IMG/VR virus record: IMGVR_UViG_3300021254_000005
DNA from: a virus
Reading direction: 5' to 3' (one strand)
Length of the DNA: 40,940 nt
The position numbers and the translations under genes were made by a program. Positions 29,707 to 37,017 of the stretch are shown here, one piece after another; the first letter of the stretch is position 1; each line of letters opens with the position of its first letter. Under the pieces are notes generated by a model, which saw only the letters and a list, made by a program, of their open reading frames with translations, was not told the origin of the DNA and searched no databases.

Positions 29707-30537
29707 CTATTTTTCCTCCTTTCTTGGAACTGGTCCATATTTAATATTGTTTTGAATTAAAAATTCTCTAATTTTCATCTTTTGTTCTTGAGTAACCATT
29801 ACTCTAAAATCAATAACTTGTAATTTTTCTTCCACTGGTGCTTGTTCTTCTTTGGTAGGAACTTGTACTTCTTTTCTAGCTTCTTGTTGTTGTTTTAATT
29901 CTTCTAATTTCTTATTGCTCTCAATAACATTCATTCCATATTTTAAAGAGCTACTTAAACAGTCTGACTCTGCAATATGTGAAAAATAAAATGCTTGTAC
30001 TTGTTTTAAAATCACTTCATCTTTTATTTGTCCTTCTAAAACTTTCATATCATCTGATGTTTTAACTACTAAATGGTTTATTTCTTCTTCAATTTTCTTC
30101 ATTGTGTATGTTTTATTTAACCATCTAGGATTAAATATTAAGTCAAATAAAATTAAATCTTTGTAATCTCCTATGTAGATATCGAACAATGCTTTTATTT
30201 GTTCTTTTTTCTCATTTTGTTCTTTTTCTTCAAATGCTTTTACCTGTGCATCTATTGAACTTGATGCATCTGTAATTATTCCTTGAAGTTCTTTACACTT
30301 ATTTTCAAAATCTTCAAATGGTTTTAAAACCTCTTTCTTAATTCTAATTTTTTCATCGTTTATTGCTTTTGCAACCTTATTTAATGTAGCTCTATCTGAT
30401 TTTGCAGCAGTAATTGTTTCTTCTGTATATACTACTGACTTATATTCCTTTGCTTTCTCTGTTACCCATTTCTTAATATCTTCATAATTGAATTGAATAG
30501 GTGCTAATGATTTTATTTCCTCAACTTTTAATTCCAT
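29707..30537 (-). CDS. DUF1351-family phage protein
   Basis: The N-terminus ...APIQFNYEDIKKWVTEKAKEYKSVVYTEETITAAKSDRATLNK... is typical of DUF1351 proteins encoded next to RecT. Confidence 0.65.
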   Translation of the reverse strand: MELKVEEIKSLAPIQFNYEDIKKWVTEKAKEYKSVVYTEETITAAKSDRATLNKVAKAINDEKIRIKKEVLKPFEDFENKCKELQGIITDASSSIDAQVKAFEEKEQNEKKEQIKALFDIYIGDYKDLILFDLIFNPRWLNKTYTMKKIEEEINHLVVKTSDDMKVLEGQIKDEVILKQVQAFYFSHIAESDCLSSSLKYGMNVIESNKKLEELKQQQEARKEVQVPTKEEQAPVEEKLQVIDFRVMVTQEQKMKIREFLIQNNIKYGPVPRKEEK

Positions 30538-30542
30538 TATTA

Positions 30543-30824
30543 ATCCTCCTTCTTAACTACTATAAATTTCATAATATTGTCATCAATTCTATATTATCTT
30601 TCTAGCTCTGTAATAAAAGATGCCTCGCTTTCAAAGTCAATCTCAAAATAAATTCCATATTTATTCTTTTTGATTTCATAAGCTAACATTTTCTTTCCTA
30701 GACTTTTAAATTCTTCTAGCTTTCCGTTTTCCTTAATTAGATTTGAATATTTGTTTTCAATCTCCTTTTGAGTTTTTTCATCTACAGTTGGAGCAACTAT
30801 AATAATACTTTCATATTTATTCAT
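30543..30824 (-). CDS. ribosomal protein bS6 homolog, interrupted by an in-frame TAA at 30594-30596
   Basis: MNKYESIIIVAPTVDEKTQKEIENKYSNLIKENGK...GKKMLAYEIKKNKYGIYFEIDFES...ELER, then TAA, then YRIDDNIMKFIVVKKED. It aligns along the full length of bacterial S6 (KYE..P..DE...NG...GKR.LAYEI...G.Y...EFDR.L.I.D.IIRH.VVKEE). Confidence 0.75.
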
Positions 30825-30840
30825 TTTAAAATCTTCCTTT

Positions 30841-31464
30841 CTACATATTTGGTAATACTAGCGGAGGTCTTTTATCCTCTTCAACATATTTCCAAAATTC
30901 AATTTCTTTTTCTTGTAAATAATCTATATCTTCTGCTAAATTATTTCTGTCAAACTTAAATGTTTTAGTCATCTGTAAATCATCTGAATAGGTTAGTTCT
31001 GCAAATAAGAATGCAAAAGAGAATCCAGTTACATTTAGATAATGTAATACCTGTATAAAATAATTATCCGGAACACGATCATTCCATTTTTCTTTTTGCA
31101 TACTCCTTAAAATCTCTGATGTTTTTATTTCTAGAACTCCCTTTTCTCCAGTTTCTTTATTGATTAGAATACCATCTAAACTAGCAAATAAAAATGGATA
31201 TTTAGGATGTCTAATTATTGTATTTTCTTGATGTATCACTTCAAATTCTGGATGTTTTATCGCAAAACTTTGTCTCAAATTATCTTCCATAGCAACACCA
31301 TATTTTACATAGGGCTTGTCTGAAATATCATCTTGCTCTGCTCTTTTAGTTTTGATTTCCCATAATTTAATGTTATCGCTATATGGATTTAATCCTACTA
31401 TTGCAGAGGCATCCGAGCCACCTATTCCAGTTTTCCTTTCTTCTAACCATTCTTCTCTAGTCAT
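30841..31464 (-). CDS. YqaJ-like viral recombinase exonuclease
   Basis: The motif GIGGSDASAIVGLNPY and the PD-(D/E)xK-type core (ASLDG...LEIKT) are typical of YqaJ / lambda Exo-like nucleases. Confidence 0.85.
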   Translation of the reverse strand: MTREEWLEERKTGIGGSDASAIVGLNPYSDNIKLWEIKTKRAEQDDISDKPYVKYGVAMEDNLRQSFAIKHPEFEVIHQENTIIRHPKYPFLFASLDGILINKETGEKGVLEIKTSEILRSMQKEKWNDRVPDNYFIQVLHYLNVTGFSFAFLFAELTYSDDLQMTKTFKFDRNNLAEDIDYLQEKEIEFWKYVEEDKRPPLVLPNM

Positions 31465-31466
31465 TT

Positions 31467-31640
31467 TTACCAACCTTTCATATCTGATTTTTTTTGTGGT
31501 TTTATACTCATTGAAACTTCAATTCTTTTAGGTATTACTACTTTATAATTGCAATCATCACAACATCTGCCATCATTTACTGGTCTAGCATTGTTGCCAT
31601 AACCTTTATACTTTTTTCCACAAATACTGCATGTTTCCAT
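31467..31640 (-). CDS. small zinc-ribbon protein (57 aa, not in the ORF track)
   Basis: Hand translation gives METCSICGKKYKGYGNNARPVNDGRCCDDCNYKVVIPKRIEVSMSIKPQKKSDMKGW. Confidence 0.5.
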   Translation of the reverse strand: METCSICGKKYKGYGNNARPVNDGRCCDDCNYKVVIPKRIEVSMSIKPQKKSDMKGW

Positions 31641-31645
31641 TTTAT

Positions 31646-31840
31646 CTACCTCTCTTCAAATTTCTTTCCTTTGCACCACATATAATCTTCTGTTGGACAA
31701 AATTCATCATATACTAGAGCAAAATCTTCGTGCTCATCACAATACATATCTCCAGCTTCTTGATACATACAATTTATACAATTCTCACAAGTTTTTACTG
31801 TTTTATTTTTATTTCTGTTTCGTTGCATTGGCTTTCCCAA
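31646..31840 (-). CDS. small Cys-rich hypothetical protein
   Basis: 64-aa ORF with CENCINC...CDEH...C...C. Confidence 0.5.
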   Translation of the reverse strand: MGKPMQRNRNKNKTVKTCENCINCMYQEAGDMYCDEHEDFALVYDEFCPTEDYMWCKGKKFEER

Positions 31841-31924
31841 AATTTTCTCCTTTCTATTGCACCAAATTTACTTTTATGATAAAATGCAAATAAAGTGAAT
31901 TTATATAAATTTTCTTTATAAAAA

Positions 31925-32218
31925 CTATCTATGGCTTTGGTCGGTTGTAGGTAGTTTTATTACTTTTGCTTTTTCTTTTTGGTAAAATCCATCTATTTCA
32001 TCAATAAGTAATTCATATCTTGTATCTGTACACAATTCTGAAATTTTTCTTCTTTTTACTGATGGATCCCCATAATCGTTTGACTCATTTAAGTTTCTAA
32101 TTCTTAATAAAATATCTGCCAAACTAAATTTAATATCCTTAATTTCCTTATCTTTTGCAGCAACTGTTTCTTCTAATTGCTTAATTTTTTGAGCTTCCTC
32201 TGTGTGTTTTCCTATCAT
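31925..32218 (-). CDS. hypothetical coiled-coil protein
   Basis: AGGAGGG RBS before the ATG at 32218. Confidence 0.5.
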   Translation of the reverse strand: MIGKHTEEAQKIKQLEETVAAKDKEIKDIKFSLADILLRIRNLNESNDYGDPSVKRRKISELCTDTRYELLIDEIDGFYQKEKAKVIKLPTTDQSHR

Positions 32219-32302
32219 TTTATTTTCCCTCCTTTTAATTCTCTTAATAGATATTTCATTTTTGCTAATGTTACAATGTGCCATATATAACACTTATGTA
32301 AT

Positions 32303-32527
32303 TTATCTTCTGGCATGTGCTTTTACCTCTCTTTCCTCTAGAATTGTTTCAATAACTAATATTGCTATTAATCCTAAAACTGGAACTAGGTATTCTCCTC
32401 CAAATCCTTTGTAACCTCTCCATGCATTTGCATAAGAAATTGCTTTTGGTGTAATAATAATTGTACCTACTATAATAAGTAACTCAATTATTCTTGAAAT
32501 AAACTTTCCTTTGTTTACAACTTTCAT
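32303..32527 (-). CDS. small two-pass membrane protein
   Basis: Two hydrophobic segments (IIELLIIVGTIIITP and LVPVLGLIAILVIETI). Confidence 0.5.
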   Translation of the reverse strand: MKVVNKGKFISRIIELLIIVGTIIITPKAISYANAWRGYKGFGGEYLVPVLGLIAILVIETILEEREVKAHARR

Positions 32528-32528
32528 T

Positions 32529-32807
32529 TTATTTTCCTCCCTCTAAAACTTTCTTAAGTAAATCTAATGTTGTTTCTGCCTTAATTCTAGCAGCCTGTTC
32601 TTTTTCGAACATCTCTCTAGGAACAGTGTTTTTACTGCCAACCTTAATTTTGTACCTTGTGCCTGTTCTGATGTACTCGACTTCATGATTTGCTATCATT
32701 TGTAAGACTGTGTTATGTCCTAAATTAAATCGTTTTTCATATTGATTTAGGCTTATCCACTGTTCTTCCAAAATACTCCCTCCTTTCTCGGTCATTTTTT
32801 TGACCAT
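32529..32807 (-). CDS. excisionase-type / MerR-like HTH DNA-binding protein
   Basis: ...WISLNQYEKRFNLGHNTVLQMIANHEVEYIRTGTRYKI... is typical of small Xis-like HTH proteins. Confidence 0.5.
   Translation of the reverse strand: MVKKMTEKGGSILEEQWISLNQYEKRFNLGHNTVLQMIANHEVEYIRTGTRYKIKVGSKNTVPREMFEKEQAARIKAETTLDLLKKVLEGGK
32790..32806. promoter_or_regulatory. operator-like palindrome copy 2
   Basis: GGTCATTTTTTTGACCA, identical to 33054-33070. Confidence 0.5.
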
Positions 32808-33023
32808 TTAAGGTAAAAAAATATAGTTTTTGTAATTAAGGTGTTTCTTTTCGCAATAAGCTACTAGATGATTGATTACTTTAGTGCTGTCATCTTTTTG
32901 CTTACCATTTAATATCATAGTTAGGTAGCTTCTATTTACACCAATCTCATCAGCAAACCATGTTGTATTACCCCTGTATTGTGACTCAATTAGCTTGTTT
33001 ATTGCTTCAATATTTAACCTCAT
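32808..33023 (-). CDS. Cro-like XRE-family HTH regulator
   Basis: 71 aa with the HTH FADEIGVNRSYLTMILNGK. Divergent from the repressor gene. Confidence 0.75.
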   Translation of the reverse strand: MRLNIEAINKLIESQYRGNTTWFADEIGVNRSYLTMILNGKQKDDSTKVINHLVAYCEKKHLNYKNYIFLP

Positions 33024-33051
33024 TTTTTGCCTCTTCCTTTCTTATATTTTC

Positions 33052-33071
33052 TTGGTCATTTTTTTGACCAA
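33052..33071. promoter_or_regulatory. operator palindrome in the cI/cro intergenic region
   Basis: TTGGTCA-N6-TGACCAA perfect inverted repeat just downstream of the early promoter -10. Confidence 0.65.
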
Positions 33072-33075
33072 ATTC

Positions 33076-33104
33076 ATTTTATTATATTAAATAAAAAAAG
33101 TCAA
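33076..33104 (-). promoter_or_regulatory. early lytic promoter (sigma-A type)
   Basis: On the minus strand: TTGACT (33099-33104), 17 nt, TAAAAT (33076-33081). Confidence 0.55.
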
Positions 33105-33136
33105 CACTTTTTGTTAAAAATTTTCAACTTTTTTTG

Positions 33137-33165
33137 TTGACTTTTTTGAACGCTTGTTGTACAAT
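33137..33165 (+). promoter_or_regulatory. repressor-gene promoter (sigma-A type)
   Basis: TTGACT (33137-33142), 17 nt, TACAAT (33160-33165), followed by the GGGAGG RBS. Confidence 0.6.
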
Positions 33166-33184
33166 AGTTTTGGGAGGTTTTATT

Positions 33185-33841
33185 ATGTTTGATAAAAATA
33201 AATTTGCGAAAATTTTAAAAGAAATATATGAAACCTTTGATACACAGAGAGAATTTTCCTCTAAAGTTGGTGTTAGCAGAGGTTATTTATCAGAATACAT
33301 GAATATGAAAAAAGAAAAGCCACCTTCTCCAAAAATACTTGATAGCATTGCTACAAATTCTAAAGGCATGACTAATTATAGAGAGCTAATGCAAGTATGT
33401 GGATATACTGATTATTTGACAGATGATTTTTTTGATGACAATGTTGCTAATAAAAATAATAAAATTCCAGTTGTTATTAGAATTAATTATAATAAAGAAA
33501 ATAATTCTTTTATAACTGATCCAGCACAAGAATATATATATGCTAATTTCAAATTAGAAAAAAACAAAGAATATATTGCATTTGTTGCTAGAGATGACTC
33601 AATGTTGCCACTTTTAGGAACAGAGGATACTGCAATAATTGAAAAGTGTTCTAGTATAAAAAATAATAAAATATATTTATTGATTAATGATGATAAATTA
33701 CTTATTAGGAAAATTCTAATATTAGATAACAATGAATACGAATTAGAACCATTAAACCCATACTTTCCGAAAGAAAAAGCTACAGATTTACACATTATAG
33801 GTAAAGTTATTAGAGTTGAAATGAAATCAGCATTTTTATAA
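33185..33841 (+). CDS. CI-like repressor (XRE HTH plus S24 LexA-type peptidase domain)
   Basis: N-terminal HTH (QREFSSKVGVSRGYLSEYMN). C-terminal FVARDDSMLP...IGKVI is S24-like. The ATG at 33185 follows GGGAGG; the track's TTG start at 33134 lies inside the promoter. Confidence 0.8.
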   Translation: MFDKNKFAKILKEIYETFDTQREFSSKVGVSRGYLSEYMNMKKEKPPSPKILDSIATNSKGMTNYRELMQVCGYTDYLTDDFFDDNVANKNNKIPVVIRINYNKENNSFITDPAQEYIYANFKLEKNKEYIAFVARDDSMLPLLGTEDTAIIEKCSSIKNNKIYLLINDDKLLIRKILILDNNEYELEPLNPYFPKEKATDLHIIGKVIRVEMKSAFL

Positions 33842-33868
33842 TATATATTTTTAGAAAGGAGAATAATT

Positions 33869-34132
33869 ATGAAATATTGTGAACATTGTGGAAATCAAAT
33901 TGAGAATGACAATGCAATCGTATGTCCTACATGTGGAGAACCTACAAAGAGTTATAATAAACAATCTGATAAAAACATAATAATAAACAATTCTGCTTCA
34001 GCAGCAGCATCTTCTACTGGTCCTACAAAACAAAAAAAGCATTATAATCTTTTATTAGATTTAATTTTAATACTTTGTACTGGTGGTCTTTGGATAATAT
34101 GGATGTTAATTAGACCTAAATATGAATACTAA
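33869..34132 (+). CDS. zinc-ribbon membrane protein (possible superinfection-exclusion moron)
   Basis: CEHCGN...CPTCGE zinc ribbon plus a C-terminal TM segment (LLLDLILILCTGGLWIIWMLI). Co-transcribed with the repressor. Confidence 0.6.
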   Translation: MKYCEHCGNQIENDNAIVCPTCGEPTKSYNKQSDKNIIINNSASAAASSTGPTKQKKHYNLLLDLILILCTGGLWIIWMLIRPKYEY

Positions 34133-34135
34133 AAA

Positions 34136-34179
34136 ATAGTTAGAGCCTAAACCCCTCATAATGATTTAGCTCTAACTAT
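34136..34179 (+). terminator. 11-bp-arm inverted repeat (possible terminator of the repressor operon)
   Basis: atagttagagc (34136-34146) and gctctaactat (34169-34179), with a 22-nt spacer. Confidence 0.35.
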
Positions 34180-34284
34180 CCCTTTAATTCAAAAAACTAA
34201 AGAATCTATAGTAAGTGTACAAAAGATAAAACACTTACACGACTATTTGTATTATATATGAATAGTCATTTATTTGCAAGTGTT

Positions 34285-34301
34285 TGGTCAAAAAAATGTG
34301 C
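34285..34301. promoter_or_regulatory. degenerate operator copy upstream of the integrase gene
   Basis: TGGTCAAAAAAATGTGC matches the reverse complement of the 17-mer operator at its first 14 positions. Confidence 0.4.
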
Positions 34302-34318
34302 ATTGGAGGTAGAATAAA

Positions 34319-35468
34319 TTGGCAAGAAAGACTAATTTCAATGTAAATGGCTATAATTATTATAAAGTAACTAAAACTATAGGACATAAAGAAAATAGAG
34401 AACCTATTAAGAAAGTTTTTTATGGATCTAGTAAATCAGAAGCGGAACAAAAAGCAATAGATTATATCCAAAATCTAAAATTAGGATTACAATTTAATGA
34501 TTGTATAACTATTACAGATTTATTCCCTAAATGGTTATTTGAGCATAAAAAACATGAATTAAAACCATCTACATTTGAAAGTTATGAAGGCTTATACAGA
34601 AATTACATTGAGCCAGATGATATTTCAACTCAACCAATTAAAGATTTAAAATCAATAAATATTCAGAACTTTTATGATAGGTTGATGAAATTAAAATTAA
34701 AACACACAGAAAAACCAATGACTCCATATAGAGTAAAAGCTATTCATAAATTGCTGCATTTGTTTTTTGTGTATTGTGAAAAAGATGGATATACAATTAA
34801 AAATCCTTGCAATAATGTAACACTACCCAAAGATAATAAAAAGGATTTAGAAATATTAGAACGAAAAAACAAAATTGATTTTTTTACAGAAGAGGAAATA
34901 AAAATACTGATTCCAGCCTTTGATGGTAGCCATTATCAAGATATAGTTATTTTTGCACTCGCAACAGGAATGAGGCAAGGCGAAATTCTAGGATTACAAT
35001 GGTCTGATTTAGATTTTAAAAATAAACTAATTCATATTATTCATAATTTAAGTAATTCAGCAGATTATGATGAAAAGAAAAAAAGAAGTTATAGTTTGAA
35101 ATTGCAATCGCCTAAAAGTAAAAACTCTATTAGAACTATACCAATGAATGATACTGTTTATAATATGCTTATAAATAAAGAAAGAACTAATACAATGGTG
35201 TTCCCTCGGTAGAGATAACACATATATAAATAGTAAAAATTTATTGAAACAATGGCAAAGAAGATTAAAAAATGCTGGATTAAGATATAGAAAATTCCAT
35301 GATTTAAGACATACTTTTGCAACTCAATTACTAATGCATGGAACGGATTTAATTACAATTAAGAATTTACTAGGTCATTCATCTATAAAAATAACTGAAA
35401 TATATTTAGATAGTTTACCAGAAAAAAAGGCAAATTCTACAAAATTAATGGACTCTATTCTAAACTAA
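34319..35468 (+). CDS. int: tyrosine integrase. Needs a +1 shift at CGG 35207-35209
   Basis: ORF 34319-35212 carries the catalytic Arg region ([16 protein letters not shown]). ORF 35244-35468 carries HDLRHTFAT...[13 protein letters not shown]. Skipping C35207 gives ...MVFP | [20 protein letters not shown]... with no stop codon. Confidence 0.8.
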
Positions 35469-35489
35469 GTAGATAAAAAGTAGATAAAT
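35468..35489. repeat. 22-bp direct repeat, copy 1 (candidate integrase arm site)
   Basis: agtagataaaaagtagataaat, itself a doublet of GTAGATAAA. Identical to 35687-35708. Confidence 0.55.
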
Positions 35490-35686
35490 AAGAAAATAGC
35501 AAGGTGCTACAAATCTCTGTAACCCTTGCTATTACTGTATTTATTATTCTAATATATCGGCAACAACACCGCTTCCTACTGTTTTGTTTTAAATCAAATC
35601 CCTTTGTCGCAGTTTGCTTAAAATAGCATAAAATCAATACTTTTTATCTGTAATTTTGTTCAGTTTTATTCAGTTATTTCCAACTT

Positions 35687-35708
35687 AGTAGATAAAAAGT
35701 AGATAAAT
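35687..35708. repeat. 22-bp direct repeat, copy 2 (candidate integrase arm site)
   Basis: Identical to 35468-35489, 219 bp away. Confidence 0.55.
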
Positions 35709-35709
35709 C

Positions 35710-35853
35710 CTATTTTTTATCTATTTTTTGATAGCAATCAATATAAGCCATCCTATATATCTCATGAATGAGATTTTTATTAATCATAATTAGCAATTTA
35801 TATCTTAATGGTTGTTTCTTCATGAGTCTTTGTGTCAATTCTTTTTCTTCCAT
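35710..35853 (-). CDS. small hypothetical protein (47 aa, not in the ORF track)
   Basis: AAAGGAGGT RBS. Hand translation gives MEEKELTQRLMKKQPLRYKLLIMINKNLIHEIYRMAYIDCYQKIDKK. Confidence 0.45.
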   Translation of the reverse strand: MEEKELTQRLMKKQPLRYKLLIMINKNLIHEIYRMAYIDCYQKIDKK

Positions 35854-35959
35854 TAATATTACCTCCTTTTAAAAGTCGGAGAATATTCTCTTGCTAATTA
35901 TATTATACCATATTATGTAAATATTTTTAACCCCTCTAGACTTTATATAAAGTATGTTT

Positions 35960-36121
35960 TCACTTTATATCATTTTCTAAATCATTTATAATATTCAATT
36001 CTTTGTCTAGATTTGCTTTTATAACATCTTCTTTTAATTTTTTTAATGTGTTTCCGCAACCAGTATAATTACCATCTTGTAATTTTTCTAGTGCTTCATC
36101 AATGAGTGATAGAACTTGCAT
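35960..36121 (-). CDS. small hypothetical protein (53 aa, not in the ORF track)
   Basis: GGAGG RBS. Hand translation gives MQVLSLIDEALEKLQDGNYTGCGNTLKKLKEDVIKANLDKELNIINDLENDIK. Confidence 0.45.
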   Translation of the reverse strand: MQVLSLIDEALEKLQDGNYTGCGNTLKKLKEDVIKANLDKELNIINDLENDIK

Positions 36122-36280
36122 TCGTAAGCCTCCAATCATTTTTTATTTATTCATATTTTAGCACAATTATTATAACCCTGCAATATATACACCCAACTTT
36201 ATATAAAACACAGTATAGTTAAAATAAATTTTACTTCATTCTATAATATATACAGTTGCAATTATAGAAAGGAGGCTAAT

Positions 36281-36524
36281 ATGATACATCTAAAAATCGA
36301 AGAATATCTGAAAGAAAATGGAAAATCACTTTATTGGTTAACTGTACAAACTGGAAGAAGTTATCAGTCTCTAAAAAATTTAACCAAGAAAGATTTATAT
36401 GGCATACATTTTGATACTCTTGAAATGTTATGCAGAGCTTTTGGTTGTACTCCTCGGAGAACTACTAGAAATGATAGATGAAAAGGAGAGTGAAAAACAT
36501 GAGCAAAATACTGAAGCAGTATAA
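36281..36524 (+). CDS. XRE-family HTH protein. Needs a +1 shift at CGG 36455-36457
   Basis: The zero frame ends ...LCRAFGCTPRRTTRNDR*. Skipping C36455 gives ...LCRAFGCTP | GELLEMIDEKESEKHEQNTEAV*, restoring the usual C(T/Q)PG(E/D)LLE last helix of this family. AAAGGAGG RBS. Confidence 0.7.
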
Positions 36525-36900
36525 TGAATTAAAAGAAAAAGATGCATCCTCGATTTATATTTTTAGAATCGGCATATTCTATAATATTTTAAATGAAGAT
36601 GCAAAAATTCTAAATGAGAAATTAGGATTAAAAATCACATCATTAAGTCCTGAAATTATTAAATGTGGATTTCCTATATCCTCTTTAGAAAAATATACTA
36701 AAAAATTAGATAATTTGCAACTACAATACAAAGTGATAGATGATCTACCACAAAATTCTAATATTGTTGATTATGCAAATAATGTTGAGATTAAAAAAAT
36801 ATTAAAAAAAATTACTGAACTCGACATGAATAATACAACTTTTCAACAATCATTCAACATTTTATTAGATATTCAAAACAAATTGAAAAAAATACCGTAA
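36499..36900 (+). CDS. stand-alone MutS domain-I (mismatch-binding domain)-like protein
   Basis: ILKQYNELKEKDASSIYIFRIGIFYNILNEDAKILNEKLGLKITS...KCGFPISSLEKYTKKLDNLQLQYKVID follows the MutS N-terminal pattern QY..LK......FR.GDFYE.F..DA......L...LT....MAG.P.....Y..KL...G..V.I. AAGGAGAG RBS before the ATG at 36499. Confidence 0.6.
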   Translation: MSKILKQYNELKEKDASSIYIFRIGIFYNILNEDAKILNEKLGLKITSLSPEIIKCGFPISSLEKYTKKLDNLQLQYKVIDDLPQNSNIVDYANNVEIKKILKKITELDMNNTTFQQSFNILLDIQNKLKKIP

Positions 36901-36916
36901 TTTTTTTACGGCATAA

Positions 36917-36957
36917 TAACAATACCAGAAGTTTTTTATATTTTCTTCTGGTATTGT
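36917..36957. terminator. 14-bp-stem hairpin between convergent genes (putative bidirectional terminator)
   Basis: aacaataccagaag (36917-36930) pairs with cttctggtattgtt (36944-36957) around a T-rich 13-nt loop. Confidence 0.5.
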
Positions 36958-37017
36958 TAAAAATCAACCCATGAGAATTGATTTTAAGCCTTTTTTATTT
37001 TTTATTCAATAACTTAC

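Noticed and set aside
30594-30596. Global stop-codon reassignment (TAA or TAG read as sense) to explain the interrupted S6 and integrase genes
   Set aside because: TAA, TAG and TGA all terminate well-defined genes throughout the window. The integrase continuation is in a different frame, so reassignment cannot explain it.
35455-35637. 60-aa minus-strand ORF downstream of the integrase gene
   Set aside because: It has no RBS and an odd Cys/Arg-rich composition, and it spans the putative attP repeats. It is likely spurious.
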